DNA of 64,000 nucleotides, taken from Nitrososphaerales archaeon. Lineage in GTDB: Archaea > Thermoproteota > Nitrososphaeria > Nitrososphaerales > UBA213. Below, in pieces: positions 27,625-37,745 of this stretch. A program made the translations under genes and the position numbers. The notes below the pieces were generated by a model. The model was not told where the DNA came from. It worked only from the letters and a program-made list of their open reading frames with translations, and searched no databases. Where the stretch lies: contig JAWCSA010000001.1 of NCBI GenBank assembly GCA_038868975.1, positions 6,905-70,904 of the forward strand, read 5' to 3'. Every line of letters begins with the position of its first letter. The stretch's first letter is position 1.

Positions 27625-27957
27625 ATGATAACAGACCTTTCCCTCTTCATTGGGGGTATAGAATGGTTCATCATAATATTTTTCGGTCTTATCTTACTCC
27701 TTGGCACCAATAGGTTGCCTAAGCTTGCGAGAACTATGGGAAAAACGGTTGGACAGTTCCAGAACGCCAGGAAGGAGATGGAGCAGGAAATCGCTAGGGT
27801 GAATAAGCCAATAAGCATACCAATTAATGGACCAGTTGCAAGTGAGAGGGAGAAACTGGAGGCTATTGCGAAGGCATTGGAGATCAATGTGCAGGGAAAA
27901 ACAGATGACGAGTTGAGGCACCTGATAAGTGACAAAATAAATCCGAAGACGAATTAG
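27625..27957 (+). CDS. tatA: Twin-arginine translocase subunit TatA/E
   Basis: Single N-terminal TM followed by an amphipathic helix (LLLGTNRLPKLARTMGKTVGQFQNARKE). Confidence 0.75.
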   Translation: MITDLSLFIGGIEWFIIIFFGLILLLGTNRLPKLARTMGKTVGQFQNARKEMEQEIARVNKPISIPINGPVASEREKLEAIAKALEINVQGKTDDELRHLISDKINPKTN

Positions 27958-28121
27958 AGCGTGAGAATTTTCTGTGGTCTCATACATTTTAACATAAGCA
28001 ATTGGTTTCAATTCTCAGCGTTTAGACAATATAGGCATAATTTTATGAAGAGCTCAAGGAAACTTTAGCACGACATCCATCGTTTTTGCCATCTTGCCCT
28101 AAATGACTATAGCAAGATGTA

Positions 28122-29210
28122 TTGCGAAAATTGAATCATGCCAAACTGTTACCGTTGCTAATAGTAACAATATCTCCACTTTACGGCATAACATTTTCCC
28201 AACCTGTTATGGCAGAAACTCATTCGATAATTATTAATGATAACGAAACTGGGGGTGACTGCGCTCTTATGGGGAAATGGGACTATTCAAAGAAAACATG
28301 TACTTTGATGAATGACATGAATGGTACTGTAAAGATAGAGAGCGATGGTATAACGTTAGACGGCAAAGGTTATTCACTAATAGGGAAAGGATATGGTACT
28401 GGTGTTTTTATTTCCGGAAAAACCAATGTTACAGTCAAGAACCTGTCTGTTATGAAATTCACCATTGGAATACACCTACAGTCTTCCAGCTCAAACGTTA
28501 TTACGGATAACATAGTAAATGAGAACAAAAAGTATGGAATATACCTTTACTCTTCCAGCTCAAACGTTATTACAGATAACACTACTAATGAGAACAACTG
28601 GTATGGTATCTACTTGGATTATTTGAGTGACAACAACATTCTTTCAAACAATACCGCAAATATGAACAAGAACTTTGGGATCTACATACATACATCGAGC
28701 AAAAACGATCTAACGCATAACATAGCCTACTCAAACATGCAGCATGGCATATACCTCTTCGCTTCCAGCAATAACAACATTCTTACCAACAACATCGTTT
28801 ATAGTAATCGCTACGGCATATACCTCTTCGCTTCCAGCAATAACAACATTCTTACCAACAACATCATTGCTAACAATTACTATGGTGCCTACCTGCACGG
28901 GTCCACAATTAACGTTTTTGAGAGCAACGTCATCATTGATAACAACGTAGGGATGGTTATCTTGAACTCAAGCAATAACGAAGTTTACAAAAACAACTTC
29001 ATCAATAACCCAACGCAGGTTATTGTAAGGAGTGGTGATAGTAATGCCTTCAACCTTGCAAAACCTGTAGGTGGCAACTATTGGAGCAACTACAATAGTA
29101 CTACAGAGGGCTGTGTAGATGCAGATGGAGACGGTTTCTGCGACAATTCCTTTACATTTAATGGTGGGCAAGACAACCTTCCATGGCAAAGGGACGCATG
29201 GGGTCTTTGA
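28122..29210 (+). CDS. Secreted right-handed beta-helix (PbH1/NosD-like) repeat protein
   Basis: Signal peptide, then about 8 tandem 23-aa units (..N.I..N....N..YGIYL..SS.N...) typical of parallel beta-helix repeats. Confidence 0.75.
   Translation: MRKLNHAKLLPLLIVTISPLYGITFSQPVMAETHSIIINDNETGGDCALMGKWDYSKKTCTLMNDMNGTVKIESDGITLDGKGYSLIGKGYGTGVFISGKTNVTVKNLSVMKFTIGIHLQSSSSNVITDNIVNENKKYGIYLYSSSSNVITDNTTNENNWYGIYLDYLSDNNILSNNTANMNKNFGIYIHTSSKNDLTHNIAYSNMQHGIYLFASSNNNILTNNIVYSNRYGIYLFASSNNNILTNNIIANNYYGAYLHGSTINVFESNVIIDNNVGMVILNSSNNEVYKNNFINNPTQVIVRSGDSNAFNLAKPVGGNYWSNYNSTTEGCVDADGDGFCDNSFTFNGGQDNLPWQRDAWGL
28482..28865 (+). repeat. Tandem 69-bp (23-codon) coding repeats inside the beta-helix gene
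   Basis: The 51-nt stretch ggcatatacctcttcgcttccagcaataacaacattcttaccaacaacatc occurs identically at 28746-28796 and 28815-28865. An older pair of tcttccagctcaaacgttattac lies at 28482 and 28551, with the same 69-bp period. Confidence 0.8.
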
Positions 29211-29316
29211 AAATTCAATCTGTAATCATTGTTTGCATTACAAAACAAGAATGATCACGCATTCAAATCATAACAGCAAAGGATTTAAATGAGATTAAAT
29301 TTGCTGATTTGGTACG

Positions 29317-30564
29317 ATGTCGTCTATTAATCCCTACGAGAATGCGTTGAAGCAGCTTGAAGACGCTGCTAGAATATTGAAATTGGATCAAGGTATGCAC
29401 GAGTTTCTACGAACTCCTAAGCGAGTACTTACGGTGTCATTGCCAGTGAAGATGGATAATGGGCGTGTTAGGGTTTTTGTTGGTCATAGGGTGCAGCATA
29501 ACGATGCCAGAGGTCCTTTCAAGGGTGGGATAAGATACCATCCTGATGTAACTTTGGACGAGGTCAAGGCGCTTGCCACCTGGATGACGTGGAAGTGTGC
29601 TATTGCTGACATTCCATATGGGGGAGGGAAAGGAGGCATAGTATGCGATCCTCATAAAATGTCTGTTGGAGAAATTGAAAGGCTAACGAGAAGGTATGCT
29701 TATGCTATATCAGATATCATAGGCCCGTATGTTGACATACCGGCTCCAGATGTTTACACGACACCAAGAGAGATGGCTTGGATCATGGACACCTACAGTG
29801 CGTTGCGGGGTGAAGTCACACCTGGTGTGATCACAGGAAAGCCGCTTCCTGTTGGAGGCTCCGAGGGAAGGGGCGAAGCTACTGGAAAGGGAGTCGCATT
29901 CTGCATAAGGGAAGGCGCAAAGAAGGTTGGGGTAAAGCTCAAAGGTGCAGACGTTGTGATTCAGGGATTTGGTAATGCTGGAACCTTTGCTGCCCAGTTC
30001 ATGGATGAGATGGGGGCCAATGTAATAGCTGTAAGCGATTCAAAGGGTGGTGTATTTAACAAGAAGGGTCTGGATGCAAAGAAGATCATCGAATACAAGG
30101 CAAAGAATAAGAAAGTGGGCGGATTTCCTGGCAGCAAGCAGATTACGAATGAAGAACTTTTGGAGTTGGATTGCGATATACTAATTCCAGCAGCATATGA
30201 AAATCAGATAACAAAGAAGAACGCGCCTAACATAAAGGCAAAATTAATTGCCGAGGCGGCTAACGGCCCAACCACACCGGAAGCCGATGAAATTCTATTC
30301 AAGAAGGGCAAGCTTGTCATACCAGATGTACTTGCTAACTCTGGCGGTGTTACTGTAAGTTACTACGAGTGGTTGCAGAATTTATCAAGAGATTACTGGG
30401 AGCATGACACAGTCATAAACAGACTTGAAAAGAAGATGGTAAAAGCATTTAACGATGTATATAAGACTGCAGAGGAGTACAAGGTGGACATGCGAAAGGG
30501 AAGCACTGTGCTTGCCGTGAGCAGAGTTGTTCAAGCTGTAAAGGACAGAGGAATCTGGCCATAA
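29317..30564 (+). CDS. gdhA: Glutamate dehydrogenase
   Basis: KGGIRYHP, PYGGGKGG and the nucleotide-binding GFGNAG motifs. Confidence 0.9.
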   Translation: MSSINPYENALKQLEDAARILKLDQGMHEFLRTPKRVLTVSLPVKMDNGRVRVFVGHRVQHNDARGPFKGGIRYHPDVTLDEVKALATWMTWKCAIADIPYGGGKGGIVCDPHKMSVGEIERLTRRYAYAISDIIGPYVDIPAPDVYTTPREMAWIMDTYSALRGEVTPGVITGKPLPVGGSEGRGEATGKGVAFCIREGAKKVGVKLKGADVVIQGFGNAGTFAAQFMDEMGANVIAVSDSKGGVFNKKGLDAKKIIEYKAKNKKVGGFPGSKQITNEELLELDCDILIPAAYENQITKKNAPNIKAKLIAEAANGPTTPEADEILFKKGKLVIPDVLANSGGVTVSYYEWLQNLSRDYWEHDTVINRLEKKMVKAFNDVYKTAEEYKVDMRKGSTVLAVSRVVQAVKDRGIWP

Positions 30565-30687
30565 TTTTTTACGGTGTAATTGTAATCTAAAGAATTTCAT
30601 GCAGTAGGTTGATTGTAAATCTTAGACGTTTATGTTTATCAAACAAATCTGTTGCCGATAATCTACAATGTTTTGATTTTTACAGAT

Positions 30688-33366
30688 CTAATCTTCCGAT
30701 TCTCTGAATCTTTCTAGCAATCTGTCAAAGGGCAGACTAATTCTTTCTGTCTTTACCAGCCAAAATACAACACCGCCGATCGCAGGTAACACAAAGATGT
30801 ACGGGTTCTTGGTAAGCAAGTCCATCACACCTGCATTTTCTGAGCCGCCTATCTGGGTATCTAGATTCAAGCCCACTCGTTCCGGCAATGATTCCGTTTG
30901 CATATTAAGTGTCACGGTATTTGTCTTGTAGCCTGGTCCGGAGATCTCTGCTCTTACAACAAAAGGCGAGGCTTCTTTCATCAGGAATTTAGCATTTGCG
31001 TTCCCCTGCTCATTTGTTCTCTGATCGGCAACAACCAAAGTTGCTTTATCACTCGACCATTTTACATTCAAGTTACTCACAGGCGCATCATTAAATTTCG
31101 AGTTAAGCGTTACAGAGAACTGGTTACCTACCTGTACAGTTTTTGAAGAGGGTGTAAGTACTGCTGTTGGCGTCGGCGTGGTAACTTCTGCATTCAACTT
31201 TGTAGACTGGAAGTTGTTGGCAAGTGCCGTGATCTCTGTCTTTCCGTCATTTTTAGCTTCGATCAGAATAGTCGCATAGTACTCACCCTTTGGCAGCATA
31301 ATTGTTTCCGGCGCTGAAATTATGTTTCTTATTGAAGGCACAAACAATATCTCAACATCGCTTACGGTCTTTATGGGGAATCCATTCTTATCCAGTACCT
31401 GTAATGGTACGGTATATTTGGCATTGCCAAGAATGAGATTTGGAACGAAGAAACCCAATTTTTCCGGCAACTGGGTACTCATTGTTAAAGTATTCGTAGT
31501 TGAAAAGAGCATGTCCTTCACAGAGCTCTCTATGGTCATGGTAGAGCTGCCCTTTCCTTTAGATGAAGCATGCAGTAATACATAGGGGGAACCTTTTACT
31601 ATCATGCCCGATTCTATGGCAAGTATTTCAGTTGTAGTCTTCGATGTACCTATCTCAGCCTCCGGTTTGTCAGTCTTTGATATTGATAAGGTCATGTCGC
31701 CAATTGAGTATGAGGAAATACCATTGGAGTCCTTGAAGTAAACCATGTATGGGAAATCCGATCTAGCCATTATCTTTGATATCACCGGTTCCGCTGCTAA
31801 CGATATACCGCTATGGCCGTGTAACTTGAATTGTGTAAATGTTTGCCCAAAGAACTCCGCTATCGAGGCAACCTCGGCATCTCCACCTTGGTATCCAACG
31901 CTTGCCTGCAGCAAAGAGGATGATCTGCCCTTTGGTATAACAGCGGTTTTGATCTCCATCTTAAAGTCATCGTCGGACTCAATAACTGGAGAGATGTCTG
32001 TGAAAGGTATAACAGGACAGGTTGTTCCTATTGCTGGGCAGGGCTCTCCGTTTTCATTAACACCTGCTAGATCGATCTGCCCATCCTGGTTCGAGTCAAC
32101 GAATCTCATTAATTGAACAACACCGATGGGCTTCTCAGTACCATCGCTCAGTATAGGCATGTTAACTACAGGTTCTATGTTCTGTTGGTTAGAATCTATT
32201 GCTATTGAGGTGGGAAAGATGACAGGATCGATCTTTGTGAATGCCGGATCATCAAAACGTGTCTCTGCACTTAGATCAACCCTCGTAACTGGAGTTCTTA
32301 ATTCTATTAGTTGTGACTGTGACTTGAATCCCTTTGCGACAGCAACAAGTTCTATGCAAGGATCGAAATTATCGTTCTTGGGAGCGCGATCTATTCCAAC
32401 GTCAAAGCAGGATTTGTTTGTATTAATAGCCAGTTGCAGTATAGCAGTAGTGGTGCCTTTCTTTATGATCCCGGTGCCGCCTCTAACATCGGAGCTGTCT
32501 GAGATCACGTTGACAGAGATGTCTCTGTCAGCCTTTACGGGAACGCCACTAGCATCCTGTAGCTGAACAAAACCATGTATGATCTGGCCCTGCCTTGCAG
32601 GGGCGATCTGTGGTGCTGCATAGAACTTTAGTTCCAGTGGTGTCTGCGGTTGTGATACAGTTATCTTTGCGCTCTCCTTCCACTTGCCAGGAACTTCAGC
32701 CTGCAGCAATGTGATTCCTGAACCTATGACTGTAAATTCGTTAACGACAAAGTTCTCTCCTTTCTTAATAGTAACCTCTTTTCTTAAATTAACCACTGAA
32801 GGGTCTGATGATGATAAATTGATTACGATGTCCTCATCTGCAAGCACTGGGTTGCCAAAGAAGTTTACAAGCTGTACAGAAACATATCCGTTGTAAGGAC
32901 CAAAGTGTGCGAATGAGGATGGTACTGCCTTTACAACTAGGCCTTCAGGTTTGTAAGCATCGCCAACGACCTCTAGTGTTACACTTGACGAAAGAAATCC
33001 ATTTGCAGCAGCTGTAACTATAGCTGAGCCTATCTTGCCAGCATGTATATCGACCTTCACACTGTTGTCATTCTCGCTTGAAGAAATGTTTTTGATCATA
33101 ACCACCGACGGATCCGAACTGGTTATCGATACAGTTGGTATTCTGACCGGAAGTGGCTTTCCATTATTATCCACAGCATATATGAGCAGACTAGCATCGG
33201 TGTTGTGAATGAGTTTTTGAGGAACGGTCATGAATTGCAGGTGAAATGACAGAATTGCATCCACAGGCTCCGCTTTCTTCTTGGTCTGAGCAAGGGAATA
33301 ATTGGCACCGCCTAGAACCAGTAAGCTAATTAGCAACAGTGCAACTAAAACATGTTTGGTATCCAT
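30688..33366 (-). CDS. Large secreted surface protein with Ig-like repeats and a C-terminal TM anchor
   Basis: N-terminal signal (VLVALLLISLLVLGG), a repetitive beta-rich body and a C-terminal hydrophobic helix (FVLPAIGGVVFWLV) followed by a charged tail. Confidence 0.7.
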   Translation of the reverse strand: MDTKHVLVALLLISLLVLGGANYSLAQTKKKAEPVDAILSFHLQFMTVPQKLIHNTDASLLIYAVDNNGKPLPVRIPTVSITSSDPSVVMIKNISSSENDNSVKVDIHAGKIGSAIVTAAANGFLSSSVTLEVVGDAYKPEGLVVKAVPSSFAHFGPYNGYVSVQLVNFFGNPVLADEDIVINLSSSDPSVVNLRKEVTIKKGENFVVNEFTVIGSGITLLQAEVPGKWKESAKITVSQPQTPLELKFYAAPQIAPARQGQIIHGFVQLQDASGVPVKADRDISVNVISDSSDVRGGTGIIKKGTTTAILQLAINTNKSCFDVGIDRAPKNDNFDPCIELVAVAKGFKSQSQLIELRTPVTRVDLSAETRFDDPAFTKIDPVIFPTSIAIDSNQQNIEPVVNMPILSDGTEKPIGVVQLMRFVDSNQDGQIDLAGVNENGEPCPAIGTTCPVIPFTDISPVIESDDDFKMEIKTAVIPKGRSSSLLQASVGYQGGDAEVASIAEFFGQTFTQFKLHGHSGISLAAEPVISKIMARSDFPYMVYFKDSNGISSYSIGDMTLSISKTDKPEAEIGTSKTTTEILAIESGMIVKGSPYVLLHASSKGKGSSTMTIESSVKDMLFSTTNTLTMSTQLPEKLGFFVPNLILGNAKYTVPLQVLDKNGFPIKTVSDVEILFVPSIRNIISAPETIMLPKGEYYATILIEAKNDGKTEITALANNFQSTKLNAEVTTPTPTAVLTPSSKTVQVGNQFSVTLNSKFNDAPVSNLNVKWSSDKATLVVADQRTNEQGNANAKFLMKEASPFVVRAEISGPGYKTNTVTLNMQTESLPERVGLNLDTQIGGSENAGVMDLLTKNPYIFVLPAIGGVVFWLVKTERISLPFDRLLERFRESED

Positions 33367-33437
33367 TTACAGATAATGCATACACATTATGGATTAAAAA
33401 CAACTGTGTGTAAGATTAACTTACATAGTTCGTGTAT

Positions 33438-33866
33438 TTATTTTAAATACGAGTTTATGATTTCGAGCGCGTCCTCAATGGCATCTTTTTTTGGTAATTG
33501 AACCATGAATATGTTCATGGTAGCATCACCGCCTGTTGTTGGAGCTAATGCAACCATCCCGCTGTGAGCCATATGCTCAAAAAATTGCAAGTTGTCATTT
33601 GCGTAAAGTAGTATCTTCTCCTGCAGCCCAGCAGATGAGAAGTTCAATGTTATCTCAACGAAGACATTTTTTCTGTTGTCATGCAGTATGTTAAGGTTCG
33701 TATCAACTACAAGGGGTTTGCCGTAACATGCTTTAGCTATTTCATCGAACCTTTCGCGTCTAATGAATATGCATGGTATCTTCATATCATTATAATCGAA
33801 GAGTGTAACTCCTTCCTTATGAGAAGCATCTAACAGATCTTCGAATGTGTGCTTCGTAGGTTCCAT
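33438..33866 (-). CDS. Hypothetical protein
   Basis: 142-aa ORF with non-repetitive, ordinary-looking composition and its own upstream spacer. No recognisable motif. Confidence 0.5.
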   Translation of the reverse strand: MEPTKHTFEDLLDASHKEGVTLFDYNDMKIPCIFIRRERFDEIAKACYGKPLVVDTNLNILHDNRKNVFVEITLNFSSAGLQEKILLYANDNLQFFEHMAHSGMVALAPTTGGDATMNIFMVQLPKKDAIEDALEIINSYLK

Positions 33867-34084
33867 ACAATACCTGTATAGTGTATTACAATGTTAAGAT
33901 TTCTATTTCTGACATTAATTATTTGAAACCATATGAGATTGGTGCATGCGCTGAGAACTATTCCTGCGTTAGGCGATGTTTTCGCCATTATCCTTGTACA
34001 TCATATGAAGACAGGACTATATTTGAACCAGTTTTAACAAGTACTAAAGATATTGCATTCCAGTGTTTTGTTAACAGTACATTT

Positions 34085-34732
34085 CTAGATCTCTCTGCTC
34101 TCTATAGGTATCTCAACATTCTCCGTAACGAAATCTGCTTTGAACTCGAACTTGCCCTGTTCCTGCTTTTGTTGCGGAATGAGCACCAATTTCTCTGGGA
34201 TACCATTTTTGGTGTAAACGAGGTAAAAGGAATTGTTGATGCCCACGTTAGCCAATTGAGAAAGTGTTTCCTTTACACCTTTTAGTTTGTCAAGTGTGGC
34301 TCTGAGCTCGTTAACAGCTGCAAAGTATATTTCTGTCTTACCCTGATTTGGCAATCCGGTAAAAATCTGTATATTCCTGTATGTTTTCCATTCTGCCGAT
34401 CTCTTGATTTTTTCTTCTTTCCTCTTCTCCTTCTTCTCCTTCTCCTTCACATCTTTCTCCTTTGCTTCATCCTTCTTTGCATCTTTCTTACTATCACCCT
34501 TCGTTTTATCATCTTTTTGAGCCTGCTTTCCTTGAGCCAGCATATTTTGTACTTCCTTTGCCCATTCAGTGTCTGCAGTACCCTGATCAACCTGCCTCAG
34601 CATCAAACCCAGTTCCTCTTCATATATGGAGAGTTCTGACTTGTGCGTCTGGATCACATTATCTACGAACTTTGCAAATGCATACAACGTTTCAAAGACC
34701 AATATCTGCGAAGGGAGAATGTGTCTTTCCAT
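34085..34732 (-). CDS. Hypothetical protein with central Lys/Glu/Asp-rich linker
   Basis: 215 aa: an N-terminal helical segment, a ~45-aa KE-rich stretch (KDDKTKGDSKKDAKKDEAKEKDVKEKEKKEKRKEEK) and a C-terminal beta-rich domain. Lies 7 nt downstream of the preceding gene. Confidence 0.55.
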   Translation of the reverse strand: MERHILPSQILVFETLYAFAKFVDNVIQTHKSELSIYEEELGLMLRQVDQGTADTEWAKEVQNMLAQGKQAQKDDKTKGDSKKDAKKDEAKEKDVKEKEKKEKRKEEKIKRSAEWKTYRNIQIFTGLPNQGKTEIYFAAVNELRATLDKLKGVKETLSQLANVGINNSFYLVYTKNGIPEKLVLIPQQKQEQGKFEFKADFVTENVEIPIESREI

Positions 34733-34739
34733 GTTGCCA

Positions 34740-35264
34740 CTACCTTAATTTTGCGAGGTTTGGCTCCACACCCTCATCGATCACGTCCTCCATGCTTGGC
34801 TTCTGTTCTTCCTTGAATACCTGTTCTATCTTCTTCATCTTCTTGTTTGCTTCTCTGTATACGGAAAGCCTCTCCTCAAGCACTTTCTTATATGCGCTCA
34901 TGGCATCCTTCAACTTCGGAAATACATCGTTAAGTATGAGCATCAACGTGCCTGAACGAAGGTCGGCAAGTTTCTTGTATACTACCTCATCATCGTTGTA
35001 TGTAATCATTATCCTCCCGTCCTGCAGGAGAACCGCTTTCTTCACATCATCCTTTGGGCCAAGCAGCAGTGTTGATACCTTTACTGTTGTTTTCAGTTGA
35101 GTTAATATCATTCCTATTGTCTCACATATCTTTTCAATCGAGTCCTGTTCCTCCGTGTTGAACTCGTAGATCTGCAGCACTTCTTGCACTAGACTGTCTA
35201 GTGATTTTATCATATCAGATGGCTGGAATTTATTTGAAACCTTACTCTCAGACTCTTCTGACAT
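34740..35264 (-). CDS. Hypothetical protein (helical/coiled-coil character)
   Basis: 174-aa ORF, first gene of an apparent two-gene operon with 34085-34732. Its 5' end and promoter are partly duplicated at 37746-37834. Confidence 0.55.
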   Translation of the reverse strand: MSEESESKVSNKFQPSDMIKSLDSLVQEVLQIYEFNTEEQDSIEKICETIGMILTQLKTTVKVSTLLLGPKDDVKKAVLLQDGRIMITYNDDEVVYKKLADLRSGTLMLILNDVFPKLKDAMSAYKKVLEERLSVYREANKKMKKIEQVFKEEQKPSMEDVIDEGVEPNLAKLR

Positions 35265-35321
35265 TATAGTAATGTTGCCTCGAAAGAAGATAAAGAAGAT
35301 TTGTATGTGTGCATCTGCTAC
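35209..35321. repeat. Imperfect direct repeat, copy A (5' end + upstream region of gene 34740-35264)
   Basis: Core tcagactcttctgacattatagtaatg matches 37779-37803 in 25 of 27 positions (2-nt gap). Flanking gaatttatttgaaa/gaatttgtttaaag and gaagatttgt...tgcat.tgctac blocks are also shared. Confidence 0.65.
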
Positions 35322-35499
35322 ATACTTAACAAGTCACGAACTAGTTTGCAGTACACTAGACTAATGTTATTTGCAAAGACGTAAATGCTTAGCTTGTTGA
35401 AGTTCAGGCACGAATTATCGGGCTTTTTGACACTAGAAATGTGTCTCTTCAGTATTTGCTTGCGTGATTATACCTGAAAATTCTACAACGGTGCTCTGA

Positions 35500-36170
35500 A
35501 ACCCTTTTCCTCTTTACGTATGGTTTGTGTATTTAGATCCTTCCTGAGAATCGAAACGAAAAGATCGCCCTTTCAATAGTATGTTGTGAAGAATCATAAA
35601 CATTGGACGCACTGTCCCCATTATTTCGATCTCTTCAATAGATATGAGCAATTCATGGAGAAGCTGCGTTATTATGAGAGCTACAACCAAACACCATCAG
35701 CAAACTCCCTACTATAGAAGAACCTGAAGGAAGGGTGACAAGAAAAAGAATGATGGTAATTGCGAATCAAATAAACTAGGGAGGAAGAATGGCCATAGCG
35801 GACTATCTCACTCATTCAAACCAATTCAGACTATTGAGCATAAGCTTGATACGTGTAATAGATGTGGCTTATCAGACATCACATCCACCAATAATGATTA
35901 CAGACCAATCGTTGATATTCCAGAGCCTTAACCATAGAGTAACGCTTCATAAGATAAGTATCTATAATTGCAATGATTGTGAGAGGATATTGCGGGAAGC
36001 GGTTATCCATCGCAATGTGAGGGGGATTGTTGAGGAATAGCAAGGGTATGAGCAAGGTTAGGAGTACAAGAGAGACATCATCAAAAGAGGGCAGAACTTC
36101 TATGACTACGTTAGAGTACATGAATGCGAATGGAAGAAATCCATACATACAAGTGTTTACATAGTGACTT
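35500..36170 (+). pseudogene. IS66-family-like transposase remnant (N-terminal region only, with frameshifts and stops)
   Basis: Reading across three frames gives LPENRNEKIAL..., ...NQTPSANS..., KGDKKKNDGNCESNKLGRKNGHSGLSHSFKPIQTIEHKLDTCNRCG...RPIVDIPEP (stop at 35929) then VTLHKISIYNCNDCE. This fits the GxxGHxG / CxxCG...D(I/L)P...YxCxxC layout of IS66-type transposase N-termini. No DDE domain follows. The boundaries are approximate. Confidence 0.5.
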
Positions 36171-36217
36171 AGGTATGCCATTTACGTAGTAGGTTTGTTA
36201 AGCAGAAAGGATGTATC

Positions 36218-37411
36218 ATGGCACCAGATGATTTTGACTGTTACTCGGTTCTTGGAGTAACTCATAATGCAACTGAGGACGAAATAAAACATGCCTATAG
36301 AAAATTGGTACTCAAATATCATCCTGATCGCAACAAGTCCCCTGAAGCAGATACAATTTTCAGAACAATTCAGATGTGTTATGATAGGCTGATAAAGGCA
36401 GATAGTAGGCGTGCATATAATTCCAAAATAGCTGCGCTCACTAAGATCATGGAAGAAAAAATAAAAGTACTCCTAGAAGGTACGGACACTGAAGGGTACT
36501 CATGGGATGATCGTGCAACAATAAGCATTGTTGGCACCGATGAAAGCATAATATTTGAAAACACAATGAGCATACCAACAGTTTGGTTACATGCACATGA
36601 TACACATAGAGGCCTGCAGATACATACAAAGGAAATATTCGATAGGTTCTTCAGAGCGGTCTATGCCAATATGGACGAAAATGATAACCTTGACGATCTG
36701 CGTATATATGGCAAGCCAGAACTGCGAGCGCATTTTGATGCAGCATGGTGGAACAGGGGACAAACAAACGTATCACTATATTGCCACAGCTCTATGACCT
36801 TAACAATAATAGATGGAATCCCCTATCTGTATCTATATGGTGCGAATTTTCATAACAGGCATGCACAAATCACCGTTCCATTTTACAACGCATTGAAAGC
36901 CACTGTATCCAATATGATCTATTTGTCGTTACGAGGGAAAGTCGAAAAACCAGACGAGGAGGTACAAGCTACGACCTTATTCAGTCCCGTCAAAGAAGAA
37001 AGGAATATACAATTACCGCCGAAAGAGGTCTGTTTAATGTTCGTTAATTTGTGCAGAAATAAATCTGTTCAATCAGCCATCGATATGCTTTGTGTCACAT
37101 ATGGCGTCCCTGTCATGAAAACAGTATTTCAGGACAGAGCTCCTATCAATGATAAAGTGTGTCAAAAAGCACTAGCAGTTTACTACTCGAATGAGCTAAC
37201 TGCATACTTCAAACCATCTGGATTTAGTATGCGAACAATACTCCATGAATTTTATCACCATCTCGTGAACTGCTATGGTATAGCACAAATGCTTTCATAC
37301 GAAGTGCTTCCAGATCCAACTACGGGATATTATACACGTAACGATGAAGAAGAGTCAGCAGCAGATAGCTTCGCAAACGTTTTCTTGGAGAGGGCAATTA
37401 GATCGTTATAA
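36218..37411 (+). CDS. J-domain protein fused to a C-terminal HExxH (ImmA/IrrE-like?) metallopeptidase motif
   Basis: N-terminal DnaJ domain with HPD (YSVLGV...[15 protein letters not shown]). A ~250-aa region follows without recognisable motifs. The C-terminus is LHEFYHHL ... [17 protein letters not shown]. Confidence 0.75.
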   Translation: MAPDDFDCYSVLGVTHNATEDEIKHAYRKLVLKYHPDRNKSPEADTIFRTIQMCYDRLIKADSRRAYNSKIAALTKIMEEKIKVLLEGTDTEGYSWDDRATISIVGTDESIIFENTMSIPTVWLHAHDTHRGLQIHTKEIFDRFFRAVYANMDENDNLDDLRIYGKPELRAHFDAAWWNRGQTNVSLYCHSSMTLTIIDGIPYLYLYGANFHNRHAQITVPFYNALKATVSNMIYLSLRGKVEKPDEEVQATTLFSPVKEERNIQLPPKEVCLMFVNLCRNKSVQSAIDMLCVTYGVPVMKTVFQDRAPINDKVCQKALAVYYSNELTAYFKPSGFSMRTILHEFYHHLVNCYGIAQMLSYEVLPDPTTGYYTRNDEEESAADSFANVFLERAIRSL

Positions 37412-37745
37412 CATTGTCCAATTAATGCCCATAGGAGTCTCAAATCTAATGAGATAGTTCATAAAGTGTCATGCGATCATACTGCCATTCTTATTCCTAC
37501 ACGTTTTTCATAATAGCTGCAAAACAATTACCTCATAGTGAATGTCAATTTGTTCTTCCGACTCAAAAAAGAATGAAACAACAACCAATTATACATAATC
37601 GACTACGTTCCATATCATATAGGATCGGGATAAGCTTCTCATATAATAGGCCGAGGAGGGTTACGGAGTTTTTTTCGTTAACTTAGAGTATCAACTACCA
37701 TTGAACGGTGACCTGCAATACGTCTAAGAACTATCAACTAATTCA

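Noticed and set aside
27285-27935. 216-aa minus-strand ORF spanning the MFS 3' end and tatA
   Set aside because: It overlaps two well-supported plus-strand genes and the spacer between them, so it is a shadow ORF.
34462-35100. 212-aa plus-strand ORF opposite the two hypothetical genes
   Set aside because: It is driven by the polypyrimidine tract complementary to the KE-rich linker and its product is low-complexity Ser/Phe/Leu-rich. The minus-strand genes have the more protein-like sequences and operon spacing.
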